64,000 nucleotides of DNA from Bilabrum cf. latius (Eukaryota): NCBI GenBank assembly GCA_965178125.1, contig OZ237773.1:310001-374000 (forward strand), read 5' to 3'. A model generated the notes under the pieces. It had not been told where the DNA came from, did no database searches, and saw only the letters and a list, made by a program, of their open reading frames with translations. The position numbers and the translations under genes are program-made. Positions 50,901 through 62,634 of this stretch are shown here, in pieces. How positions within the stretch are numbered: position 1 is the first letter of the stretch; each line of letters starts with the position of its first letter.

Positions 50901-53900
50901 TTGGCCCGGATCCTGAGCGTCTATTTCCTGACCGCCATGAGGCCGGCACCCACCACCATGAGCTTGGCAGCCATTTTCCTCCTCTGCCTCGCGCGGATCT
51001 GCTGCGCCACCATCCCCAGGAACATGAACTTTGCGGCGGAGCGGCCCTGTCTGCGCTTGGAGCCCAACGATTTGAAGAGGCCCATGGCCAGCAGCTTACC
51101 CCGCAGCATACCGAAGATGTCGTTGGCATTCATCATCACGGCCTTCAGCCGCCTGTTATTGGGGTTATCGATGGCCCGCGCGAGACCGGGCTGCGCGACG
51201 GCCTGTTCCCGGTCGCCCTCAGGGAGTAGGTCACCGTAGAAGCTCTTGCCCCGCTGGATGCGGCCCCTCCCCCTCCCCGCACCGTCTCCGCCGGGCCCAC
51301 CCTCCTCGTACTCGCCCCCGCCCGCGCCCGCACCGCTCGCTGCCCCGGTACCCGCCCGATGGCCTCCGCCACCGGTCTGCTGCCCGAAATTCTCCGGGAT
51401 CGGCTTGTCGGAGAAATATTTCCTCCGCTCCACCTCCTCCCTGAGCGCCTGTTTGGCCGCCTCTGCGTCGTCCAGCTGCTTCTGGTAGTCCCCCGCCAGC
51501 GCCTCTGCCTCCTCCGCCCTCCCCTCCGCTTCCTCCACCATGGCCTGCAGCTCGTCCTGCTCCACCTGCTCCCCGATGTTCGTCACGTCCTCTTCGGATA
51601 TGCCCGACATGCCCAGGGCCGTGGACACGTCGTACTTGACCCGGCTCACCAGCTCGAACAGCGCTCTCCGGGCCACCTGCACCTCAGGGTGGTCAGAGGC
51701 CTCCCCCTCCTGGGACTTGGCGATCGTCCACACCGCGTCCCGCAGTCCGTCCCTCAGCTGTTTGAGGTCGGCCACGGGCATCTGGCTCGCCGCCTCGGCG
51801 CCTGGATCCACTGCCACCGGATTGCCCTCTCCGTCCACGCGACTCGCGCCCCCCGCCGCCTGGGCCGCCGCTCTGTTCTCCGCCAGGGTGGCCAGAGTGG
51901 CCATGGATCCGGCCAGCTCCGTGGCAACGTACTTGAGGGCCCCCATCGCCTCATCCGCTGTGTCGAAGTGCGTCGCGTGGCCCTCCAGCTCCTCCTCTTC
52001 CACGCCCAAATCGGGGTAGTCCAGGTCGCCCAGCACGGCCAGCTGCCCGCCCGCGCGGCTGGCACGGCCGGACCCAGACCGGGGAGTGCCTGGCCCTGCA
52101 TCCGTCCCCGTGCGGGACCGTCCTCTTGACCTCCGGCTTGGCATCCTGCGGAACGACATGGACCCCCGGGGGGTCCCCCCCGATCCCCCAGGGGTGTCCC
52201 CATCTCCTGCAGGGGTGCCCCACCCTTCCCCGTCGGGACCCCCTTCGGAGTCCTCTCCGCTCCAGGGGCTGCCGGGCCTGACCCCACGCACCCCTGGAGG
52301 GGGACCGCTGCCGTTACCCCCGTGTGGGGTATAATACCCTGGCCCCGGCCCCGCTCCGATCCCGTCACCTTCGGTGCCCCATTCTCGTCCCCCGCTGGCC
52401 GCACCACCAGGCCCATATCCCTCACCGCCTACCCCGTAACCTTCAGCGCCCCCAGGCCCGTACCCCAGGTCCCCCCCTACACCCGCACCACCACCACCGC
52501 CGCCCCCGCCGAACATGCTCTCCGCCGCCATCCGAGCGATGTCATACCCTGCAGCCTCCTGCTCCGCCCCAAGAGGAGCATCCATGCCCCCACCGAACCG
52601 CAAACCAGCTCTAGCACCATCGCCCCCGCCGGGTCCATACCCTCCCCCTGCAGCACCTCCATCATCGCCAGGCCCCCAGCCCGGCCCGTCCTGCACGCCC
52701 ATATCGGGACCACTGCCAGGCCCCATGCCTTGTCCTCTTCCTCCTTCTCTTCCTCTATCTTCACTTTCCCCTACTTCCTGATTCGCCCCCATAGGACCGT
52801 ACCCTTGCTCGTACCCCCCCGCGGTTGCTTGCCCTCGTCCTTGCCCCTGTACTTGCCATTGCTACCCCATGCCCTGATCCGACCAGCCTTGGCCTTCTTG
52901 ACCCCCCTGAGGCCCGCCCCGCACCCCACCATGCTGCGGGGAAACCCCGTATGGTGCATTGTCCCCGCTCCCATACTACCCACCGTCCTCACTTTCTCCA
53001 AGCCCCTCGGGACCGACACCCGGGCCGGGGCCAGCGCCGGCGCCTGCCGCTGCACGGCCCCCGTATGCTCCATCTGGGCCCCCAGGCCCGCCCACCACGT
53101 CGCTCTGCGAAGAATACTGGTCAAACCCGCCAAATCCACCGGTGGATTCGACCTGCCCTGCTCCGACGGCACCGCTGCCGGGCTCCCCACCGTCAGCAAC
53201 GTCTCTGCTACTGCCAGCCCCACTAGCCGATCCACCACCCGCCTGTGCCTATCTGAGCTTTGCGTGCAGCACCATTTCCCTCTGTTTGGCCTGTACCTGC
53301 ATGCGCTGCATGGCCTGTGCAGTGGCCATGTAATGCTGCTGCACATGCTGCAGCATAGCTGCCTGTTGCTGGGCGGCTGCTGCGTATGCCGCCATTTGCT
53401 GCTACATGGCGGCAGCACCCACGCCCCCGCCCATGCCACCCATGCCCATGCTTGCACCCATGGGCCCGGCACCCGTGTCGTCATCAAAATCACCGTCGTC
53501 GCCCATGGGACCCATGCCGCCCATCCCCCCATCATCGTCATCGTAATCCCCATCGATCTCACCAGTACCGTCCATGTCAGGTCCATACCCACCACCGGCC
53601 TCCCCAAACATCGCACCGCCCATCCCGCTCCCGCCGTTGCTTAGGTCAGGACCCATCCCACCCGCGTACATGCCCATTCCCATGTTCATGCCCCCGCCAC
53701 CACCTCGTCGCCTGCCCCGCCCTCGACCTCCTCCGCCTCCTCCGCCAGACGAGTCGGAGTCGTCGCTGTCATCTTCATCGCTGTCCGAGTCATACGACTC
53801 GTCATCGTCGCTGCTGACGTCTGACCCAGACCCGGACCCGGAATCGGAATCTCGCCCAGAGCTGTCTTCCTCCGGACCCTCCTGCTCCTCCGAGCCCGAG

Positions 53901-55327
53901 CCCCGCTTGGACTCCTGCCAGCCCCGTGCACCGCCCCTTGCCGCCCCTCTTGCGCCTGCGCGCCTCAAGGACCTGCTTCTTCCTCTACTTCTTCCGCCTG
54001 TCCCACTCCTGGTGCCACCGCCACCGCCACCGCCACGGTACCCTTCCTCTTCGTCGCTCGAGCCCTCCGCCCCTGTGCCAAAGACGATTCCACCACCACC
54101 ACCACTGTTCCCTGCATTGGGACCCCCGCCCCCCGCACGGGGACTGCCCGAGCCCATGGCCGCCGAGTCCCCAAGGGCCGCTGCAAGCCCACTCAGGGAA
54201 GACGACGATCCGGCGCCGCGCATTGCGGAACCGGTCGGTGTGCCAGAGGGCAGGGTGTGCTGGTGCTGGTCCTGGGCCGATGCAGATGCAGACGCCCCCG
54301 CGCTGCCGACCACCGGCGGGGGCAGGCTCGGGGGCCGCGGCGCGAACTTTTTCTTGCCGTCGGGACCTACGAGCCCCGCGTCACCGCTCGGCTGCCCCTG
54401 GTCATGCCCCTGGCCTAGATTTCGTCGCCCACCATCCTCTGGTTGGTCTGACCCAGGGGCCTGCGGCAGGGGTTTTAGGACGGGCTTCCTTCCTTCCGCC
54501 TTCGCCCTGGCCCCTTCCGCCATGCGGGCCGCTTGCACGGTCTGCATATGGTCCTCCCCGAGCTCAGCCCGCCTGATCCTGTATGCCGACTGGAACTTGG
54601 CCGCCGCATCTGCTGGCTGCTTGAGCCGCAGGAACAGCTTGCCTTGCTCGTAGTCCATGCTGGCAATTTCGGTTCTGGAGCCTGTTCCACTGCTCCTTAG
54701 GGAATCCCTAGCGTGCTCGAGCAGCTCGATCGCGACCTCCAGCCCCGCGCCAGGAGCCGCAGCCGCGAGGGTGCCTGCAAACCGGTAGGTCTCGGTGAGC
54801 GTGGGGTCCCCCTGCTAGAGGCACGCCTCTCGAATGTCCAGCGCCCGCCGCATGTATCCGAACGCCTCTCCCGCCCTGCCCATCTTTAGCTCGCAGCTGC
54901 ACGCCCGCACCCACAGCTCGGCTGCGTCTGGCTGGTCCCGGCCGAACTCGTCCTCGACGTGCTCTGCGTACGTACGGTACACTTCTAGCGCTTTCTAAAG
55001 CTGCGGAGGTTGCAGCTCTTCTTCGCAAGCGTATGCGCAGTGCCCGTACACTGCCGAGTTCTCGCGAAATCGAGGCGACGGGTCCTCGCGCACCAACCGG
55101 GCTGCCCTATGAAAGAACCACGCCGAGGCCGCTGCATCACCTTCCAGCTGCCATGCATGGGCAGCAAGAATCAATATTTGCAAGTGCCTTTTTCTCTGGA
55201 ATCCGCTGTACGTGATTAACGCGCTGCGAAGTGATGCCATGCCGTACGCCACCGCGCCGAACTCGTCGCCGTTGCGAAAGCTGCGGATTGCCTCTTTGCG
55301 CAGTTCTTTTTCTTCCATAGCAAGCAA
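47912..55327 (-). CDS. Formin (FH2 domain) with N-terminal TPR-like repeats and C-terminal Pro-rich region, about 2470 aa; a short extra 5' exon near 55430-55475 is possible
   Basis: Seven ORF-track fragments share one frame, with 13 TAGs (54995, 54815, 53402, 53249, 52976, 52862, 50921, 49181, 49175, 49061, 48728, 48725, 48398), ending TGA 47912. FH2 motifs KMRQIHF..GTIW, MPEQFV, GAKGIKLSGLQAIADTK and KYMGE..PEKFF. TPR-like RRALDIREACL and AYRIRRAELGEDHMQT. Confidence 0.85.
48171..48316. repeat. 45-bp tandem repeat x3 in the formin Pro-rich tail (PRGPPPGNAPPPRDP)
   Basis: Units start at 48171, 48216 and 48261, with a partial unit at 48306. Confidence 0.88.
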
Positions 55328-55956
55328 ATCTTGTGGGTCTGCGCGATGTGTAGCATTCAGAAAATTGGGACGTTGCGGACGTGCAAAGCTTTCTCAGTTT
55401 GGCAGGACATTTCGAGTCCAGCCACTCACTTCCGTCGAAAATGCCATACCGACACTCTTCTCGATGTGTTTGCATCCAGTCTTCAAACTAGGCGTCCGCA
55501 CTGCGGAAGAAACGTTGCAAGTCGTGCACAAAGAGGGGATACTTTCAAGCAGGGTGGCTTGCTGCACCGGAATCGATTGCCGGCATTCCAAATTGCTAAC
55601 CTCGCGTAGCCGACCGACTCGCAAAGCCTGCACAGTCGTGTGGCTGCCCGGCCTGTCACCGGGCAGACCATGCCAGGCGGCGCTGGGGCCACCATGTTTT
55701 GCGCAACACTCTGCCCCAACTGTCGAAACACTGAATTATGCCGGAATGGCACGCAACTTGCTTGCGGACGCCGCGACCGCGACAGGTCACAGTGCTAAAT
55801 ACGCGACCACATGGCGAAAAGGGATTAGACTGCTTGCATGATTAGACTGCTTGCACGATTCAATCGTGCCACTGCATCGAAACATGTTGTGCGCATCCAA
55901 GACTGCGAGTCTGGCGGGCGCGAGCCGCAGGCCCTGAACAGGCCCCGAGTCCAAGG

Positions 55957-58900
55957 TCAACCCACCGAGTCATGGTGAACTGCGCTGGCTCGAAACAGGG
56001 ACAGCCACTGCCTCCGTGCCCTGCCTTCTGCCTTCTAAAAGGCCCTCCAGCGCTTGATCACTCGCTCCCATGCCATCTTCCTGGTGAGAGCCGCTTCATA
56101 CGACCAGGTGAAATCCCGCAGGTCCTCAGAGATGCCCCACCTGCCCATGTTCAAGGCACCCAACTCGCCCTCTCCCGCCCCCTCACCTTCGCCATCACTC
56201 TCCAGATCCTCCCAACTAGCCATTGCGCCTCGCAGGATCTCATCCCAGTCCCCATCGCTGTCCGGCTCCCTGAAATCCGGATCTGCTGCCCCCTGCAAAC
56301 TAGTGTAGAAAAGCTATCCCTCCCCGTCCAGCCGCTCGCACTCACGCATCAATACCCTCAGTGCATCGTGCGCGCCCCCGCACACCATGGCGGCAATCGG
56401 ATACTCCCCATCCTTCCAGCGGCTGCCTGTCCATGCCCCGCCGTTCCTACCGGAGCCAACTTCCTCTGGACTCACGTTGCACCCGCTCTCCAGCCCAGTG
56501 GCCATGCCATCAATGAGGACGGCGAGGGGCAGCACTGCCACGGCCCCCTCTTGCGGTGCACCGTCATCCATCGTTGCAACGTCCAGGAGATCCGCTCTCG
56601 CCAGATCCTCGACACTACTCGCTGCGACCACCTCTCGCTTGAACCGATCCAGTGCATCGATGCAGAACTAAGCTGCATCCATCCCGGGGGTGTCTTCTGG
56701 AGCGCACAGAGAGGATGCATGATGGCTGGAAGGGGTGCCCCAAGCTGCTCGTGACAGTCTGGCGTGCCTCGGTGTGGCAACGCCCCGCTTTGCAAGGAGC
56801 TTGCCAAGCCACCACTGCCACTTCGGCACGCCCTCCACGACCTGCAGTGCCCTGCGCATGGCGATGGCAAGGTGCTCGGGTCCATCGGCGCCCTGCCTGA
56901 CCCAGTCCTGAAGAGGCTACAGCCTGTGCCACGCCTTGGTGCTGTATCTCTGGCCCTCGATCGGGCCACAGCTAGAGGATGCCCCTCCTTCAAACTACCT
57001 GTTGGACCCAGCCAGACTGTAGTCCACTATGGCTTTCACGAGGCATCGCCCGCCCGAGCTTGCTGCATCCTGCGTGCGCTTCTTGAGCATTTGGTGCTAG
57101 TCGGAGAATCGGCCCGTGAGTTCCAGGCTGAACGGCCGTGCGGGTCTCCCCATCGTCATATCCCGTTCTGCAAGTGCCTGCTCGTTGTCCCACTGCGATG
57201 CTAGCGTGCTCGTGTCGAACCACGCCTGGGCCATCTGAGGTGACTGGCTGCACGCGTGCGCGATGGTCGCAGATTCCAGCCATCCGCAGGTGCACTCCTT
57301 GGGCATCATTCTGTCGATGTCGGGGACCTGAATGCGACGGAGGTTCGGAGACAACCATATGGCCCCGAACACCGAGCCGTGCATCTGACCCTTCTTCCAG
57401 TCGCGGTCCAGATCCACCTCAGGCCTGGCGTCAGGCGAGTCGCCACGGCGGAATACAGGCGCGAAATCAACGTGCAGTTCTCGGAGGCGAGCATGCATGG
57501 GAATAGCACGGCATACAGCTTTGGCTAGGGATGAAAGCTTTCCCGAATACGGCCCCGGGTTGTGCTCCTAGATCCACAGGCTGATCAGGCTATCGTTCCA
57601 CTGGAGCATCGCGGACACGTCGGACTGCAGGCCCTTGGGAAGGTCCCGTAGCTCAATGTCGGTCACAGATTGGGTCAGCACCAACCCGCGAAGCATGGCT
57701 GCTGCGCAGTCCTTGCCCGCCTCGGGGTCCCTCAGGTGGAATACCTTGAGCCTCTTGGAGCGAGCGAGCGCCGCTCCCACTGCCTTGGCTGCTGCGAGGG
57801 GCCGCCGCGTTTTCGAGATCGTGTCGCGCAAGTAGAGTTTCTGCACGGGAAAGTTGTGCTCTATCATACCGAACAGCAGGTGAGCGAATGGGCTGTTCAT
57901 CTTCGTACTGTTTATGTTGAGCAGATGCCCGGCGCTCCCTTTGCTGCTCGGCTGCGGCGGAAGAATCGGCTCGCGGACTCGCGAAGGAAGCTCAAAGCTG
58001 CAGCCATCTATGAACACATCAAGGCGCTTGGTACCGCCCAATAGCGTTCCGAAAAAGTCAGCTAGGTGATTGCTTCGCCAAATGCACCGCACCATGTCAA
58101 TTTTTGCTACCGACTTGGACTGTGCAATTGCTCTTGCTAAGCCCTCCTCGGGATCCGCACAGACAATATCACAATTGAGCAGGTTCAGCTTGCTGACCCT
58201 GCGGCTCTTGGCGAGCAGGCTCGCAAATTGTGCCAGAACTTTTTGATCGTCGCGCTGTACTTGAATGGACAACGTACCAATTGAGACCCGCTTCCTTGCA
58301 GCCTAGCGCAGCATACGACATGCTGCTGTACATGATACTATACCCTGCGTGCACATAATCCTTGACGCGTTGGTGACAGTTCTGGCATCGATGGAGGCGG
58401 GGTTTTCAAGCAGCGGCATACCAATTGCAAGGTTTACGTGCTTACAACAACACCAGGCATACCAAGTGCAGACATAATGCTGGTATTGAGACGTTCGGGG
58501 CTTGAACGGCCCGAGGTTTCTATCCCAGGCTATCGAAAGCGTTTCAAAAAAGTGCCGCTCGCTTTCCCTTCAAGTTGGTTCCGGTTTACGGGGATCGGCG
58601 CAGCCTCTCGGCAATAACCGGATCTGTAGTCCGTTCCCAAAAGGTCAGCAGTGGTTCCACTAAATCTCTTGCCAATCGAAGCGAGCCTATGTCTATGGAC
58701 CACCACATCTCGTAGCCGTCCTCTGTGTCACTCCTGGGCATGAAGAACCTGTGCCGCCTGTTACATACACGGCGGTCTGTAGTGGCTGAACAGCCCGAAC
58801 GGGGCGGGCTCGTGGTTGCCAACCCTGGCCATGTAGAGCACTCGCACCACCACCGACTAGATGCGGCTCAGAAACGTGTCTACGTCGATGCCAACATAGT

Positions 58901-59156
58901 CGTGCAGGACGTCTGCGAGAGGAGGGGGCAAGGAGAGAAACAGGTCAGCAAGGGGCTTGCCAGTGGGAAGGTTCGATGGGTGCAGGGAACAAGTAGGTTG
59001 GGTAGCAGGGGGCTGGTAGCTAGGCAGGCACGAGCCATCCTGGATCTTGTCATCATTGATTACGATGAAAGCTACGTGCGGCACGGCATGGCCAGGTGGG
59101 GAGGAGTGCCACTGCCCTCCTCGAGGGGCAATGTGGGGAGGAGAGGTGCCAGTCAT
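55957..59156 (-). CDS. RNI-like leucine-rich-repeat protein, possible N-terminal F-box-like motif; 5' exon structure unresolved
   Basis: Frame open from about 58569 to TGA 55957 except for TAG (58303, 57568, 57097, 56995, 56917, 56668, 56314, 56035). LRR-like VSKLNLLNCDI, VQKLYLRD and LKVFHLRD. Upstream LFLSLPPPLADVLHDYV is only weakly F-box-like. Confidence 0.55.
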
Positions 59157-59543
59157 ACGCGAAACCTCCGACTTTTCTCGTCCACCTCTATTTTCTCTCT
59201 CTCACATATTATATTATCTCTCTCCCGCTGCACTGCGCGTAGACCAGGATCTCGCCACCCGTCTGCGCGTGCCGCCCCATGTCTCCTTTCCATTGAACAT
59301 TCGGCTCAAATTAGTAGTAATTTTTCAATTTCACTTTTTTTCTTCTTGATGGTTTTAACACGCAACAAAGCACCTCATTTGCTCCGCCGGAGCCGCCGTG
59401 CCGCTCGTGAAGCGCGTGTCGCCGGCAGCATCCAGCCCTTCTGCTTTGTATACAACAGAGTTTTGTAAGTTTGTCGACCACAGTCGCCAAATTCAACAGA
59501 AGCTGTTGTATTACCTATTTGAAACCTCGAACTTGTGATAAAC

Positions 59544-62321
59544 ATGCGTTCATTGGCCCTTGGCGTGGTTGTAGCAGCCTTGAGCGGCGGTTCGCTCGCT
59601 CATGGCGACGGCGGCACATGCCGCCACGACGAGTTCGTTGACAGGATATTAGACCACCATATCGAAGACATGAGGCTCAGGAAGGCAGGAGCATCCGCAG
59701 GAGGGTCTGCTGAATAGTTGCCGGTCGGAAAGGTTCCTCTGTCCAAGATTGGGAAACCGCTTGCAGGAGCACCGACTACGCACGCGCACGACATCCTCTC
59801 CTCCTCCGGAAAAGGTTTGCACATGCTCAACATGTACAGTCCCGCACGGGACGGGGCTTCTGGTCCCGGTGGCATCCGTTTGGCGTCCGAAGTAGACCAA
59901 ACGTCCGGGCAATGGCGGCCGCTTCGCCTCAAGCCAATCTTCTTGGATTCCCTAGATGCCCAGTCATCCAAGTTTTTGAACGAAGAAGTGCTGCCCACCG
60001 TGATTTCCCGAGTCGGTGAGATGCTGTCGGTCCCGGTGCGTAGCGAGCCGCTGTTCGCGCACCGTCGCTGCGAGCGCTTCTGGACCAACCAGCAGCCATG
60101 GAGGTGCAACGAGCTGGAAGACGCGAGCGAGAACACGTGCGGGAGCACCTCGGAAGATGCGACGCCGGTGCGCCTCAACGCCTCGTGGTTCGGCGCCGAC
60201 GAGTACTACGCGGCTCCCACTGGCTCGGCCACAACCATCCCAGCGGGCGTGGGCCTGGCCGACGCGGACGTTGGGCTGATCGTCACGGCGCGCACGGTGA
60301 GCCCCTGCCAGGCCTCGACCAGTGCCGCTGGAGGCACCCGCGCTTTCGCTTCTTTCTGCCAGAGCGACCCCGCCACCGACAGGCCTACGTTCGGGCGCGC
60401 CAACGTGTGCCCCGCCGAGCTCCCCGCCCCCGCCTCGGGGACGGGGGCCCAGGCCACGTGGCACCAGACGGACATCGATGGCTGGATCAAGACCCTCACG
60501 CACGAGACCTTCCACGTGCTGGGCCTCAGCTCCACCTCCTACGCGCTGTACAGGGACAGAGAGACGGGGAACCCCCTGACGCCCCGCAGCGAGGACCTGC
60601 CCTCCCGCCCTGCAGATTCGCAGGAGATCAAGTACCAGTGCCAGGGGTCGGAGAGGACCTTTTACGTGGCTTCCACCAACACCGTGAACCTGTACTCCGA
60701 GCGGGGCATGGATTGCACCCAGTTCTCCGAGGTCATCACCGAGGGCATGTTCAACTGCGTGCAGAGGGTCGTGGTCGAGCCAGCCCAGGAATCCGCCAAG
60801 TCCTTCTTCGGCTGTGAAAGCATCCCCGGAATCGAGCTCGAGAACCAGGACACCACCCCGTGCGTGATCCACCCCAGCCACACGGAATCAAGGGTGGCTC
60901 GCACGGACCTAATGAACGCGGTCAAGCGGGAGCACAGGGACGTCACCGCAGCGTCTCTGTCCATCCTAGACTCATCGGGCTGGTATACCGCCAACTACTC
61001 GGCGCTGAGCCCCATGCTCTACAACCGCGACTTCGGGTTCCAGGCGGGGTGCGACTTCGCCGTGGGGAACAAGTGCCTGCAGCCGGGCAACCCCCCCACG
61101 GTGGCCACCAGCACGGGGGCGGCGGGCAACCCCCTCACCCCGCACTACTGCACGGAAAACTCGGGCGATGGGCTCTTCTGCACGCTGGACCGCAAGTCCA
61201 TCGGCAAGTGCTTTCTAGAGCGCCAGTTCGGGTCAGACCTCCCCGAGCAGTACCGGTACTTCACCAGCAACGCCAGGCTGGGCGGCTACATCCCCGCCGA
61301 GGCTGACTACTGCCCCATCATCGAGTCGTTCACCCAGGCGGCGCAGGAGGAGGGTGGAGACACCACTACCACGTCGTGCACGGACCCCCGCAACCTGGAT
61401 TCTCTCGCCGGGTCAGAGAACGTCAGAGGCATGACCATGGGCGCGGGATCCGTGTGCCTGGACACGTCGCTCGAGAAGGACGGCTGGAGCGGGGGCCTGC
61501 CCTTGGGCTGCTACGAAGTAACGTGCACTTCAAGCCCCGTCAAGGTCGTGATCTCTGTGCCGAGCACGTCTGGGTCCGGGTTCGTGTCCGCTGAGTGCGA
61601 GCAAGAGGGCGACGACGTGACCTTCACGGGATACAGCGGGGGCGTTACGTGCCCCAGTCCATCGGAGGTGTGCCAGGAATAGCTGGGCGTGCGGCCAGGC
61701 CCGGGGGCCGGGACCGTTGCCGCTGTGACGAGTGACGTGGATGTGTTGTACTCGTCAGGCACGGCCACGGTGTCGGTGGAGAGGATCGGCGGTTCCACAG
61801 CCATCTCGATGCTGGTCCGCACTGTGGCTGCCGACTCGGCCCAGGCGGCCGCGGCGGGGATCCAGTCCACGTACACGGTGGGTGGACTGACCTCCGCAGT
61901 GGCTGTGGAGGGCACTGACTACAACAACGCCACGCAGGTGGTGACCTGGGCCGAGTCCGAGTCCGGCTCCAAGGAGGTGGATATCACCCTCCCGAGCGGC
62001 GGGGGCCCTGTGGCCGCTGGCGTGGACGTGCTTGTGCTGGGCGTGGTGCTGGAGCAGGCCCCCGGTGCACCCGAGGAGAACCAGCCCGAGGTCGCAGCTG
62101 GTCGCCAGGGCACTCGGGTGCTGCTCTTCAACGTGCTGCCGTCCCCCTCTCCCGTGCCCGTGCCGTCCGCTTCCCCAAGTCCCTCGTCAGCGGCTGGGGG
62201 CTCCGGGGAAGATGACGACAGCGGTGCACAGACTGGTGCGCTGGCGGTTGGCGCGGCCATGGCATGTGCCGTGGGGGCTGTAGCTGCCCTGATGGCTGGT
62301 GCACAGGCGGGTAGGGACTAA
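59544..62321 (+). CDS. Leishmanolysin/GP63-like M8 zinc metalloprotease with Calx-beta-like domain and GPI-type tail (about 925 aa)
   Basis: Signal peptide, propeptide CRHDE, RPTFGRANVCP, HETFHVLG (HExxH), SHTESR..DLM, DSSGWY.ANYS and ADYCP. TAGs at 59715 and 61680. Hydrophobic C-terminus, then TAA 62319. Confidence 0.9.
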
Positions 62322-62634
62322 GGATGCTAGGATTGGATTGAAGCTGGCTCGCTGGGGATGGAAGCTTGCAGTACCTTGAGCCGTTTTTTTGGTTTTCGGG
62401 GTGTGGCTTTGTTCTCTATTGTAGTGATGTGTTCGACGTTTTGCCAGGCGTGTTGGGTGGTTTGATTGGCTGTGGGTGCGCAGGCTTGTGCTGTGCCCGT
62501 TGCAGAGCAGTGCTCGAGCTCGAGCAGATTAGATCTATCCTATGGATTCATGTCACCCCGACTTGAAAAAAATGCAGTCAACCTATCGAGTGTGAAATTT
62601 ACCGGATGATTGACTCCGTTGTGCAGTGCACATT

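Noticed and set aside
49647-51239. 530-aa plus-strand ORF, and similar long ORFs such as 293-1120, 10073-11107, 52322-53644 and 59964-60881
   Set aside because: They are antisense shadows of the formin, SYF1, GST and leishmanolysin genes, expected in GC-rich coding DNA, and have no recognisable motifs.
55823-55856. 17-bp tandem duplication gattagactgcttgca(t/c)
   Set aside because: A simple slippage-type duplication in a spacer with no further structure.
58761-58763. TAA in frame with the 58857-59156 ORF
   Set aside because: A TGA follows about 11 codons later and the exon structure here is unresolved, so it is not usable as evidence for or against UAA reassignment.
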